A stretch of DNA of 62,559 bases, filler included, from Basidiobolus ranarum (lineage: Eukaryota), in assembly GCA_040143965.1 (NCBI GenBank). It is 23 parts of 23 records of this genome, joined end to end, with 100 filler letters (N's around TTAATTAATTAA, not from the genome) between each part and the next. Parts side by side here need not be neighbours in the genome. Positions count along the whole stretch, not along the records: positions 1 to 2,633 come from JASJQH010003118.1; positions 2,734 to 5,366 come from JASJQH010003119.1; positions 5,467 to 8,098 come from JASJQH010003120.1; positions 8,199 to 10,828 come from JASJQH010003121.1; positions 10,929 to 13,556 come from JASJQH010003122.1; 18 more parts are not named here. One strand, 5' to 3'. The position numbers were made by a program, and so were the translations under genes. The notes beneath the pieces are model-generated. The model saw only the letters and a program-made list of their open reading frames with translations, was not told the DNA's origin and made no database searches. Shown piece after piece: positions 1-11,965 of this stretch; position 1 is the first letter of the stretch, and every line of letters begins with the position of its first letter.

Positions 1-129
1 TTTAACTTCAACTTTTATTGTTAGCATATTATGCTACATTGGCTTATTTGTTTAATAGTAGTTTATCTAGTTATTAAATAAATATTACACCCTGTGGTGT
101 TTATCATCCCCTCTAACCCTAACCCACTC

Positions 130-292
130 CACTTGATAGTGTCTTAGACTCTACAGACTTAACTATTCTACTTTGCAACATGCATACCAATACTCCAGAA
201 CTTCATACTTTAATTAAGAAACTACAGAAGTAGTTATGGCTTCTTTGTTTTGTTTGAAATAAAGATTTCACCTGTTGGTGACTGTCTCCCCG
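130..292 (+). repeat. Dispersed repeat, second copy at ~47480-47642 (probable 3' end of a degenerate element)
   Basis: Near-identical ...TTAAGAAACTACAGAAGTAGTTATGGCTTCTTTGTTTTGTTTGAAATAAAGATTTC...TTGGTGACTGTCTCCCC in two contigs. Confidence 0.7.
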
Positions 293-838
293 AAGTGCTA
301 TTTTGAAAAGCTAACTTCACCTTGACCCTAGCCTTGTTATACCAACCTTACTTTCCATTTTGCTTTACAATCAAACAACTGTAGAAAGTACTAGCCATTA
401 GGCACTACATAAAGATACTGCCACACAGCAATACAAGCTGGCATGGTAGGAATCTTGAATGGTAGTTCGCGTCTTATCTCTAGTTGGTATGAATCGAGGC
501 GTCAAATCCTGGAACTTGTTAAGACTGGACAAAATGGTTGCATTTGATACTCGAAGTCAAAGAGAAGCATTCATTGCTGATGATAGATATGATGGATTAA
601 CCGTTGCGTAATGAGACATGAGCGTATGTATGGTTTTTCACTTTGACTGTTTCGATTCTTTTCGTCCATAGTCAAGTAATACATGACTAAAGTTGTATGT
701 AGTCAAAAAACAATAGATTGGAAAGGCCACTTGAGACCATTGTTAAGCAACATTTTGGTAAGTGTTAACATCACACAAAATGCTCAAGTAAAGTTGAATT
801 GACATTTATTACTACGCTAATAGTAGCCCATAAAATAC

Positions 839-1225
839 TTATTTACAACTTGGGTTATCCATGCAATTTTCACCAACATCATTGCATATAGTTTTACTAC
901 CTGCCACGACACAGTTTAGTCCATGATTTCTCTTGTAGGTGCATCCACATTGGTTGAAGTAGTAAGTTGTTCCAAGATGCTTCAATGCTGATTCGACAGC
1001 AACTGCTCTATTATTGGCATCATCACATTCTTTGCCAGCACTAACGCAATTCAATACCCAAGCAAAGTAAGAACCTCCGCTATCGTTCTGGATTCCTTTA
1101 TAGCAATGCATCCCCTTGGCGCTAAGCTGCTGAAAGCACTTTCGTGGCTGATCGGCACTGGCGGTTACTGTTCCGGTAAGGGCAACGGCAAAGAAAGCAA
1201 GAGTAGCAAAGTTAAGGCCAAGCAT
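839..1225 (-). CDS. Small secreted cysteine-rich protein, 128 aa, 10 Cys
   Basis: ATG start, hydrophobic signal peptide (MLGLNFATLAFFAVALTGTVTA), even Cys count, TATAAAA about 70 nt upstream (1296-1302, minus strand). Confidence 0.85.
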   Translation of the reverse strand: MLGLNFATLAFFAVALTGTVTASADQPRKCFQQLSAKGMHCYKGIQNDSGGSYFAWVLNCVSAGKECDDANNRAVAVESALKHLGTTYYFNQCGCTYKRNHGLNCVVAGSKTICNDVGENCMDNPSCK

Positions 1226-1683
1226 AGAGATTTAAGATGTGTTAACCTAAAGGAAAGGCGTAAGGTGATAAGTTTTTTGACGAAGTGGAACGGGCTTTTA
1301 TAGATTTTCTGTCGAATGACACAGAGAGTCCAAAGAATCGTCAAGACACCCGCAGATATTACCTAACCAAATACAGATGGGAGCACAGCAAAAAATCCAA
1401 AATGTTCATAAAGAGCCACGATGCACTAAATGTAATACAGTCAGCAATGTGCAATATGATGTCCCAAGCTCTTTATGTGCAGTCCAGTATCTAACTGGGG
1501 CATGAAGGTACTATAGAAATATAGAGCTCTGATTCATAGATTGATTACTAGATTCAAAGGCAATTTTTAGTAACAACAGGTTGGGAAGTAGCTTGTTCTA
1601 CGGCTACCATCGTAAGATATTGTTTCGGAATGTTTATTTTCATTTTTAAGCTCCTACTAGGCAATTAGATTCTGAGCTGTTTT

Positions 1684-1741
1684 TGTTAAAGTATTTGGGA
1701 GCCTGTTGGAAGTGGTTTGGAGAATTAGAGGAATTGGTGGT
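1684..1741 (-). mobile_element. Copia LTR fragment (3' end)
   Basis: TGTTAAAGTATTTGGGAGCCTGTTGGAAGTGGTTTGGAGAATTAGAGG matches the LTR family end seen at 30063 and 10721. Confidence 0.85.
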
Positions 1742-1978
1742 CGACCCTTCAACTTACCTAATATATGATGCGTAGTATGGCGCTAAGTACGTGACACAGT
1801 ATTTCAAAGAAAGGAAGACGTATCATTATAGCAAATAGTATCCGGTAATCAATGCCTTAGCGATAGCCAATGTGCAACACATGGTTAGTAAGCATGAGGA
1901 TCTAGAATAGCGTAGCTAGAATAGTAAAAAGCACATGGGATAGCATAATATTTGGTGTAACAACATCAGTTTTACTAT

Positions 1979-2118
1979 TTCTATACAATACTAATTCTAT
2001 ACAATACTAATTAATTCTATACAATACTAATTCTATACAATACTAATTAATTCTATACAATACTAATTCTATACAATACTAATTAATTCTATACAATACT
2101 AATTCTATACAATACTAA
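1979..2118. repeat. Minisatellite: 8 x TTCTATACAATACTAA in a 36-bp higher-order unit (16+16+TTAA)
   Basis: Perfect copies read directly; TTAA inserted after copies 2, 4 and 6. Confidence 0.95.
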
Positions 2119-2365
2119 TTCTGAGCGATAATATATATGTGCTAGTCCTAATATAGCTAGTAAAACTAATCTGTAGCACCATCAATCCCATATTTCTTGT
2201 TCAGGATTGGGAGGAGATGAATACCGTGATGTGCAACATTAAGTGAATGGATAGTATATCCAATGGAGTGGAGGTACTCTGGTGTTGTAATTTAGATGGA
2301 GAATCAATTATCTGATATGGTCAGCATAGTTTGGATGGGGGCTGAACGAGCTTACTGGTTTGGTT

Positions 2366-2422
2366 ATCACCATTAGGACAATCACCATTAGGATAATCAC
2401 TATTAGGACAATCACCATTAGG
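2366..2422. repeat. 15-bp tandem repeat ATCACCATTAGGACA, about 4 copies
   Basis: Read directly, with single mismatches. Confidence 0.85.
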
Positions 2423-2633
2423 GTATGGAAAGCGCTGAAGACAAAATTGAGAAGTTTAAATGGGCCATAGAGAGCCTGGGATAGATTTCATAAATTTGTG
2501 CAAAAGAGAAAAGTATCCTATTATATATCATAATGGCCTTTCAAGGTAAACGCTTCTCACATGCAAGTAAAAAATTCAAACCTAATATCTGCTCAGGTGC
2601 AAAAACCAACAGTGTTTAAAGGTCGTGACCAAT

Positions 2634-2733
2634 NNNNNNNNNNNNNNNNNNNNNNNNNNNNNNNNNNNNNNNNNNNNTTAATTAATTAANNNNNNNNNNN
2701 NNNNNNNNNNNNNNNNNNNNNNNNNNNNNNNNN
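2634..2733. other. Artificial contig spacer (first of 22)
   Basis: N44-TTAATTAATTAA-N44, with stops in all six frames. It recurs at 5367, 8099, 10829, 13557, 16285, 19012, 21738, 24464, 27189, 29913, 32636, 35359, 38082, 40805, 43527, 46248, 48968, 51688, 54407, 57125 and 59843. The contigs between spacers never increase in size. Confidence 0.99.
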
Positions 2734-5366
2734 CATCAGGAGAACGGTAAGAGTACGCTTATTTTGCCCCAAGTAAAGAATGGGGGTAAGTCCAAAAAGG
2801 CGTTAAAAAAATTTTTGTCTGATGCCGTGAGCCAGTTAAAGTTCCTGACAGAATTCAGGCCAGCAATATTCTGATGATCCTCAGATGGTTTTGTGCTCCA
2901 GAAGGGTGGATCTAATCTGGAGCAAATTGATTGCATCTTTGTTATGGTAACTGAAGACTAGTTGCTTCTGATTCTTGCATTAATTTCAATATTCCTGTAA
3001 CATTGTCTGTCATGGCCTTTGTAGCAAATTGTATTTACTTATGATCTAACACAAATAATTACTTTCTTTTGCCTCAGAATCCCTTGCTGTGATGTTACAT
3101 TCAACTTTCCTATGGTAGGTTGTTCAATAGTTGGTGGAGCAGGCATTTTGGAAGTTGATGGTCTTGATGGTTTTCTATCAAACTTTGTTCAACTATTGAT
3201 TTATTGCATAATTGGAAATTGTAATCTCTTCACTTGCACTATTGCTAGAAAGGAGTACATGTGATATATTGAATAATGCTTTATTGTTACTAGAGGAAGT
3301 TCTTACCATGTTAATGTCTTTAACTGTGGATAATGGATGGTTAGACTACTCATCATTTATGTTCAATAGTTGGTGAAGTAGGCATTTTGGAAGCTGATGA
3401 TCTTGATAATACTTCTATTAAGCTTTTGTAAACTAGTGATTTACCATATAATTGGGGCATTATGATTTGTCACTTGCACCATTGCTAGAAGGGAATACAC
3501 CTGGTGAATTGAGCAATACTTCATTGTTACTTGAGGCAATTCTTGCTGTGTTAATCCACTTTAGAGTGAAGAGTGGATTATTAGACTGCTCATCAATTGA
3601 GTCATTGGATTGTGCTGGTTTTTTTTATTACCTGCTAGCAGGCTTTTGCTTGGAAGCTATATTTGATATTAATTGGGGACATTATTTCAATAGTTCTGAG
3701 ATATTCTGATGTTGATTAGGTGCAATGAAATTGCTCAGAAATGAGTGATATAAAGCTGCAATTGCCTTTCATTAACACACTTAGCTTGTAAAACCCATGA
3801 TGATTCATCTGTGACACCATATCAAAATCAGCTAATGATACAAATATTTAAAGAAGCCCTATCATGATTGTCACAAATGATTGTGCTATAAAAGCTAGAG
3901 GAACTCTCTTGGGCCAAGTGTTTACTTACTGCTATAAATTGTCAAATTATATTTGATTTGAATTAATTTTTTCAAAAACCAGAGTGATATTCAAGGATCC
4001 AGAAACACAGTTATAATCAATTGGCTCCAATATCAGAAAGCTGTGGATAAACACATGTGTGAAAAATGTAACCCATATTTTACACATTTACTACTTTAAT
4101 GCTAATTTGTCACCTTCAAAATACTTTGATTCTTTGATACATTCTCTTGAATATTTTTGAAGAGTTCTGCTTCCTCAAGGTTTACCTCATATCCAACACA
4201 AGCTTGTATCAATATCTCCATCATAGCCCACCATTGTATTAAAGTTGCTGAACAAAGTTATTCTGGCCATCTAGTGGAGACTCAGCAACATTGTACTACT
4301 CTGTATCAAGTTCTTCCCAGATATCTACATAGTCAACTCCAGCCTGAATGTCAAGTGAAATGTTCTTTTTTTATAGCCACCTGCCTCATACTTACACTGT
4401 TTTTTTCTCTTTATTTTTTTGAAAATAAACCTTGAGCACTTTTTCAAACTTTTTACATCCTTGTAGTGTGACACTACTCAGCATGCTTTGCAATGTTTGG
4501 GTGGCTTTGTGATTGCCTTCAAGTCAGGGGAAAATTTGAACACTTTGAAAAGACCAGTTGAGATCAAAGAGCCATGAGTTTCATTTGCTGGAACTTTAGC
4601 TTGCTGAGAGATGCCAGGCATTGGATAGACTTCTGACTTTCAAGCTCTTTTAACAGGTGTTCTTGGTTTCACAGTAAAGCTAAGACTTTTTAACAGTATA
4701 TCTGCTGGTATAGATAACCCAGGTAATACAGGTCTTTGTAATGGTGTGAATATATTGGTGAGTGAGATAGCAGAGCCAAATATTACTTGTGTATTCACCT
4801 TCCACTTGGGTTTACAAACTTCCTATGCCTTGAGTACATCTTTTGCAGCCTATCTTTCTTTTCCAAGTTGAATATTGCATCTATATTTGACATGTTTCAC
4901 AAATAAACCTATACTAGCCCAATTACCATTGGCTTGCAAAAACCTAGGATTTATGACCTGAAATAATTCAAAATCTGCTGAATAACACCTGGTCTTTGAT
5001 TTTTCCACATTTGGCTCAAATCAAGTGATTTGGGCAAAACTCTGCACAGTTTTCAAAATGTTGAACCATTTGCTAACAAAACAAGTGACAGTTGCTCTAA
5101 CTTTCAAAGTGTCTTGGATTACTATTTTTACTATAATATTTCTACTTCTGTCTCCCTAGCAGTTTTGGATTATTATGTAGACTTGAGGGTCTTATACATA
5201 TTCTACTCTGCTAGGTTGTCACAGTAACATTCATATATTTAGGGTTGATTGAATTCTGGTACATGAATGAACAAAGGGAGCAGTATTGGGAAAATATGGG
5301 CTGCTTGATGGAACTTTGAAAAGTGGAGTTGTCAATAGCTTTATGAGATAACTATTTATTGTCCAG
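2734..5366 (-). mobile_element. Degenerate repeat associated with the CMC/EnSpm family; stop-riddled minus-strand ORF
   Basis: ~2880-3900 matches ~14200-15100, which follows the transposase 3' region. ~3940-4400 matches the reverse complement of ~41050-41520, which leads to the CCCT terminus. Contains an internal ~239-bp tandem duplication (3121-3600). Confidence 0.55.
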
Positions 5367-5466
5367 NNNNNNNNNNNNNNNNNNNNNNNNNNNNNNNNNN
5401 NNNNNNNNNNTTAATTAATTAANNNNNNNNNNNNNNNNNNNNNNNNNNNNNNNNNNNNNNNNNNNN

Positions 5467-7275
5467 TTAATATTTTATTAAAGCTATTATCTTTGTATGT
5501 ATTTGTGATACTCCTGCCATCTGTAAACTTGGAGGTTTTTGCGGGCCCAATGCACTTTCTTGCTGTAGATTTTGTCAAATCAATGGTGTTTACTCTATCA
5601 GGCATATGCATTACTACTATCTATATACAACACTAAACTCCATGATTTTACTATCAAGAGCCCAGTCAGATTTAAACATGATCACTGATATCAACTCACC
5701 AAATAGTCAGTCTAACATCAAAATTGGTATTAGCCGTAAGCCTAAGATTATATTGCTAAAGGTGATCAGCTGGAGCTAGAGCTTCCTATTAGGCACTATG
5801 CACTTACTTCTCAACAACATTCCAATACTACTTACTCAGCAATATAGTGGAAAATTCAATATGAATGAGGCATTTGAGATAGGATCAAAGTTTGAATCAA
5901 TAGAGAAGATGCTTGAAAACATCAAGATACAATCATATTTTACCAGGACTAACCTCAATATTCACTCATCTAGGTGTTTATTCAAATGCAAAGACTGGAA
6001 GTATTGGATTTGCATATTATCAAGTGGAATTTTGAAAAGATTTCTGCCTGATAAGTATTGGCAACATTTAGAGTTGTTTGTCAATATTGTTAATATACTC
6101 TTACAGCATCAACTCACATTGGCAGATCTCAGGCCGATACAGCAACTGTGCGAAGATTTTGTAATTGGATATGAAAAACTTTATTACAGGCTTAAAGAAG
6201 ATAGACTGAATCTAGTCCAGTATTCAATACATTCCCTGCTACATTTTTCACAATGCTTAGAGATTATAGGGCCTTGATATACAATCTGAGAGTTCCCAAT
6301 GGAGCGTACCTACGGTGAAATGATGCTTTGTGTGAAATTTTCAGTATTACCATATGTTAATCTGATTAACAATGTATCAGCTAAATCAATGATGGATGTA
6401 ATGTGATGGGTTAAGGAGACTCCAGGGTATATTCACCTGCCAACAAAGGGCTCTTTTCAATGTGCTCATGGATTTTTGAATTTTTGAGCACAATAACAGC
6501 CACAAAGCCCAATCCATGGACACAGAGGATGTACCTCTACAATTGGACTAATTTGCTTGGGTGATAATATGATGGTATTTTTAGGAAAGCTGCAAGACAG
6601 ATTCTTAGTGAGAGAGATCAAGACATGCATTATTGTTGTTTTAGCCATGGGGTAATCTATTCCAGCAGTAACATATCGACTTGTGGCAGGACATTTGTTG
6701 ACTACAAGTCAAGGATATATTGACTGATGCTTTATGAAAATTTGCCAAAATCCAAGAGCTTATTCTCATTGTGAATGGTAACAAGAGTCAGCTCTTTGCC
6801 AAGTGTGAGTGCTATTCAAAATTTCAGATGCTTAGCAATTTTTCCACAGTTAGTTTGCTGGTACAGCATGTTGATGTTGTTGAGTTATGTCTAATCAGTC
6901 AAGTATGTGCATATGTAGACACTAAACACAACAAGATTCTTGTATTTTTTGATTCACATTATGGCTGGAATACAAAACCCAAAATATCTAAATAAAGGCA
7001 TGCAAATTAATTTGAATTCCTACAGCAGTAAACCCAGTAATTTGCCATTTGACAACTATATTTTTGCAAAAATTGCCAGATATTGAATAACACATGCCAA
7101 ATTTGAGGATCAATATTTCAACATGTATAAATACCATCAAAATACTGTCAAGAAACCACTGTCACACCATCAAAATCCCTGGCAGAATGCAAGCAACTAA
7201 TATTGTGACTACTCAGTGATAGTTTTGCTCTTATGGCCGGTGGATCAGATCCAGATCAAATCAATTTTATTTTTG
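5467..7275 (+). mobile_element. CMC/EnSpm (CACTA-type, Transposase_21-like) transposase relic and 3' region
   Basis: Motifs FKCKDWKYW, LPDKYWQHLELFV, FVIGYEKLYY, IHSLLHF..CLEIIGP and EFPMER; in-frame stops. Confidence 0.8.
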
Positions 7276-7282
7276 TTAAGCT

Positions 7283-7364
7283 ATAGTGAAGCAGCCATAT
7301 CTTGGATTAGCAAGAAACAACTCACCATAGTACTTTCAACAACTGAAGCAGAATATATGGCAGC
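7283..7364 (+). mobile_element. Copia RNase H fragment
   Basis: AAISWISKKQLTIVLSTTEAEYMAA, truncated by the adjacent gypsy LTR. Confidence 0.8.
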
Positions 7365-8098
7365 AGTCACAATAAGGAACTGGACAAGGACTGGAAACAA
7401 CAACAAGAGGCTACAAGGCAGGGGAGTGCTTGGGTGTAGACCACAAGACAAGACAAGACAAGACTGGACAGTGAAGATACTTAGGCAAGAATCTTGATTG
7501 ATAACTGGCATTGATCAGACTGAGGTCTGATCAAGGAATAAATGGGGCTTATATAGATATTGCATGGTGAAACATAATATGCTGGATAGGGAATATACTG
7601 TGGCAAGTTCAAGTATTGGGGCGTTGGGGACTACATGGAGTAATACAAAGAGGGAGGATGTAAGAAAGATGTAAGCAAGATTTGGTGACCTTCCATGGAA
7701 GGTCTTGGCAGAAATACACTATGTGTAGGTTTACATGATTGGGCAGGTTTCATGGAATGTTCCAAAGAACATGACTTCCATATAAGGCAGCCTGGATGAA
7801 CTAACAAAAGATTGCCAAGAAGGGATGGTGCAACAGATATGAAGTCATAATCTGATAATAGAAGAGTTCTATTTGCAGTGGATGAGTATGCCAAGATCAG
7901 AATCATGACAGTATCCCCTCCTTTAGTGATGGCTTCCAGACATCATAGGGCCAGGTTTTTCTGCATAGGCTTCATGAAACTCCTGACAAAGTTCCTTTGA
8001 ATTGGAAAGATTTGTTGCTGGCTCCCATGATTGGTCATTGGTTGAGTATATATTCCAGTCTACTAAATGTTGCATTTAACAACAATAAATTCTCGAGT
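7365..8098 (-). mobile_element. Ty3/gypsy chromovirus 3' end: chromodomain, PPT and LTR (7365-7910)
   Basis: Minus strand reads HLVDWNIYSTNDQSWEPATNLSNSKELCQEFH..PGP, then the purine tract AAAGGAGGGGATAC, then an LTR starting TGTCATGA; homologous to 30411-31137. Confidence 0.85.
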
Positions 8099-8774
8099 NN
8101 NNNNNNNNNNNNNNNNNNNNNNNNNNNNNNNNNNNNNNNNNNTTAATTAATTAANNNNNNNNNNNNNNNNNNNNNNNNNNNNNNNNNNNNNNNNNNNNGA
8201 GTCAGCGTCCTTGGCTATGCTCCAACTGTTAGGCTGAACGTTCCATCGTCCACCGAGATAATGTGGCGAAATTAATACTACTTCTCGATGACCCAATCAA
8301 GAGCTTTGCCCAGCTATCATGCTTATCTGAATGCTTATCTGAATGCTTACCATTTTATCCTTGCCAAAGATCATTGCAAACAACCAAAAAGCTTCATGCA
8401 ACCCCGATCGTCCTCAGCCTCATCACGAATTCATTTTGGATCTTAATATTTCAATGACAGCTTCATGTTGGGTTTCATGATGATCAAGGTTCCACACGAT
8501 CGTCGACCAGAGTTCATTGCGGCCCTATTCCTTGGCGTAAGTATTAAAAGGCCTGGTTAGTTGAGACCTGTCAACATTCATTTTCACTCCCTTCCCAACC
8601 ATAACCACACCCACAACCCTAACCCTACTGACTTCACTTCCAAACAGAATCCTTATTTAGCACCGAGAATTCAATTCGTGATCTTTGCCAATAATCGCTT
8701 CATCACTCAACCAATCAAAGGTTACTCGGGTGCTCATCTGAATCCTATTTATCAGTTGAATCTATAAATCCCCC

Positions 8775-9881
8775 ATGAACAACCCTATGCTGAGCGCTGT
8801 TTCATCGCATATGATTACTAAACCATTACCTACTCCTATCCACACATTGATGGAGCAGTTTGCCAACGGTAAGAACAACACCGCCAACGACGCACACGAG
8901 TTTGCTCAGGTATTCCCCACCGACTATCTCAGCAACAGCGATAACGACGCCGAACACGTCCACAACGGCCACTACGACAACTCTAACATCTCTGACACCC
9001 ACAATAGCGTCAGTGAGGACGAGTTTCTGATGAACTACAGTTTTGGCTCCAATGTCCCCACCCAACCTACCTTTACTCATGACATGATAGCTCAAGCCCC
9101 TCCTTATGCTTTCGATAGCCGCTTGGCCTCTAATAAGTTCGATTGGGGCAACTTCCATGACGGTCAGATGCCCATGAATTCTATGCCGATGCTGGTCCAT
9201 AATACTCCCGATGCCACTTCGCAACGACGCTCAAGTCTTCCGGGGAACGGGGAAACCACCGATTTCCCTGCTATTACCGATTTAAATCCCTCACGAAGAC
9301 GAGTATTCTCCTGGGCGGATATGAACCACTCGAACTACTTCGATTCAGATATGGACTTTTCCCAATCTGTACGTAGATCCTCAGTGAGTATTCCATTACA
9401 GAATATGCGTAATCAAGCCTATCTGGACACCTACACAGCGAAGGATTCGGATCATTTGACTGTTAGCCAACCAAGCCCCAGCCGCAACTCTTTCCCACTA
9501 GATGATGATCTATCAAACTCACCCTCCTTTCCATCCGAGGATGCATTCAAGAACAAACCCAAAAATAAGAAATTCCGAGGGACTGATGGTAGCACTCCGG
9601 TTAAAAAGGGTATAAACGGTCACAACGAAGGAGAGGAGCCAGAGGTACAAACCGTAGTCGAACGTCGTCTAAATCGAAGACGTGAAAGGAACCGATTGGC
9701 TGCTCGTCGAAGTCGCGAAAAACGTACTCAATTTTTGCATGATCTAGAGGGGTTAAATGATTCACTTCGTAGTGAGAATAATGCGTTGAAGGGGAAGCTT
9801 TGCGAAGTATTGCGCGAGTTGGAGGTACTACGGAGTGGTGTAGTTGGTGTTACCGCTGAGAGTGACTCAAGTCGTCGATAA
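8775..9881 (+). CDS. bZIP transcription factor, 368 aa
   Basis: C-terminal basic region RRERNRLAARRSREKR followed by Leu heptads; intronless ORF with ATG start. Confidence 0.93.
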   Translation: MNNPMLSAVSSHMITKPLPTPIHTLMEQFANGKNNTANDAHEFAQVFPTDYLSNSDNDAEHVHNGHYDNSNISDTHNSVSEDEFLMNYSFGSNVPTQPTFTHDMIAQAPPYAFDSRLASNKFDWGNFHDGQMPMNSMPMLVHNTPDATSQRRSSLPGNGETTDFPAITDLNPSRRRVFSWADMNHSNYFDSDMDFSQSVRRSSVSIPLQNMRNQAYLDTYTAKDSDHLTVSQPSPSRNSFPLDDDLSNSPSFPSEDAFKNKPKNKKFRGTDGSTPVKKGINGHNEGEEPEVQTVVERRLNRRRERNRLAARRSREKRTQFLHDLEGLNDSLRSENNALKGKLCEVLRELEVLRSGVVGVTAESDSSRR

Positions 9882-10140
9882 ATTCATGGTATAAAAGGTT
9901 ACTTACCAGATAGCTCTACCCCCCACCCTTCCCTACTCTCTACTGCTACACCCCGCGCTACCACCCATCCGTTCATTCTTCCGTTTGTCTAGACTACTAC
10001 TACTAAACTCTGTAAAGATCATGGTTGTGTAGGTCATTTTTTGCGTGATCATCACTTCATTTATTTAATGTAATATAGATATTTTTCTACTTCATTCATA
10101 ATAAATAACTTCTTATTCATTTCCAAATCATGTTTATATT

Positions 10141-10700
10141 TGTTGAAATATGCATTGCCTAAATACCTATATAGTCATATATAGCTTAGTATTTAGTTGT
10201 CCTATATTGAACTAAGATAGTACCCATTATTCTCAATTGGAATTTACTTAGAATATTTTTACAAACTTGGAAGTTCTCAGATATATAGATTTTTTCAAAC
10301 TTGTGCTCCCAAATACTTTAATAGGTTATGAGCTCCAAACTTGCACTCTCCATAATATCTACTTCTCAAATTTATGGAACTTTTCCCTCTTCTGAAAATT
10401 TGGATGGAATCAATTATCAAGTATAGAAAATTAAAATGAAAATACTGCTACAAGAAAAAGGATTTTTGGACACTGATTTCAGAAAGTTTTGCATTGTTTT
10501 CTTCTCCTATAACAAAGTTTTACTCCAGGTTAAAAATGAATAAAGTGTCTTTAACATAATTTATCTTAATATTAAAGATATATTGCTAATTCAATGTTCA
10601 AGAGCTAAAACTGTCAAGGAGATACAGAAAGCCTTGGAAGATACCTATCAAACATATTCTGCTGCTAACACAATGTTTCTAAGAAGGAAATTCTTTTATT
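10141..10700 (+). mobile_element. Copia 5' end: internally deleted LTR (10141-10323), PBS and gag relic
   Basis: TGTTGAAA start; GGTTATGAGC at 10324; then SENLDGINYQV*KIKMKILLQEKGFLD and ANTMFLRRKFF. Confidence 0.85.
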
Positions 10701-10720
10701 GAGATACTTAGGCAGGCAAA

Positions 10721-10828
10721 TGTTAAAGTATTTGGGAGCCTGTTGGAAGTGGTTTGGAGAATTAGAGGAATTGGTGGTTTTCACTTATTGATTTATTGAG
10801 TAGAAAGTTGACATTTATAGTTTTGTCA
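10721..10828 (-). mobile_element. Copia LTR (partial) in opposite orientation next to the gag relic
   Basis: Same LTR family end; cut by the contig end. Confidence 0.85.
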
Positions 10829-10931
10829 NNNNNNNNNNNNNNNNNNNNNNNNNNNNNNNNNNNNNNNNNNNNTTAATTAATTAANNNNNNNNNNNNNNNN
10901 NNNNNNNNNNNNNNNNNNNNNNNNNNNNATT

Positions 10932-11850
10932 TGTAAAAGTATTTGGGTGCCTGTTAGTAGTGGTTTGGAGAATTAGAGAAATTGGTGGTTTTTTACTTAT
11001 TGATTTATTGAGTTGAAAGTTGACATTTATAGTTTTGTCCAGATGCAAGCAAAATAACATGTAGCATATGTTTAGGAAGGTCCAGGAGCAAGTGTGCAAA
11101 GATTGGGGCCTTTGAAAAATCTATATATTTGAGAACTTCTGAGTTGGTAAAAATATTTTAGGCAAATTCCAATTGAGAATAATAGGTAATATCTAAGTGA
11201 AATATAAGTTAACCAAGTACTAAGATATATTTGACTATATAGGTGTTTAGGCAATGCTAATTTCAACAGTATTCAGCTATTCCCTATTTACCATAATTTT
11301 ACTTGCCATTCTCAATTGCAATATACTTAGAATATTTTCACCCACTCTGAAGCTCAAAGATATGTGGAATTTCAATCTAATCTTAGATGCAGCAAACCTT
11401 GCACATAATAAATGCTCTTGGGACCTTCCCTAATACACTCTGTTTCTTTTTTTGTTTACCCTTCAACAAAGCTATAAATGTTGATCTTCAACTAAATAAA
11501 TCATTAAGTGAAGATCATCAATTCCCCTAGTTCTCCAAACAGCTTCCAACAAACTCCCTAAATACTTCAACAATACATGACTCCAAACTCATTAAATAAT
11601 TATTTAGTAATAATTAAGAAGCAGACATATAGGTGCATTATATATTTCTGATCCCAACCTATATTAGGAAGTATTACTGTTAAAATTAGCATTGCCTAAT
11701 CATTTATAAAGTGATATATAGCTTAGTATTTAGTTATCTAATATTTCACTAAGATTTTACCCATTATTCTCAATTGGAATTTACTTAGAATATTGACACC
11801 AACTTAAAAGTTCTCAGATATATGGATTTTTCAAACTTGTGCTAGAAGCC
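10932..11850. mobile_element. Cluster of three copia LTRs (10932-11268 minus; ~11290-11572 plus; 11678-~11850 plus)
   Basis: Shared LTR sequence with TG...CAACA termini. Confidence 0.85.
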
Positions 11851-11965
11851 ACCAAGCATTATTAGGGCAAAAGATAGTATAGCAATTAGATATTAAACTT
11901 GGTGAATATCATATGGGTGAGACGCCTGTAGAAAACAATAATGACCTGTCTGAGAGCCCACTTTC

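Noticed and set aside
1979-2118. CRISPR-like array
   Set aside because: No unique spacers, no cas genes, eukaryotic context.
8826-9224. Antisense 132-aa ORF inside the bZIP gene, and similar ORFs inside the subtilisin and PLA2 genes
   Set aside because: Non-coding-frame by-products with no recognisable motifs.
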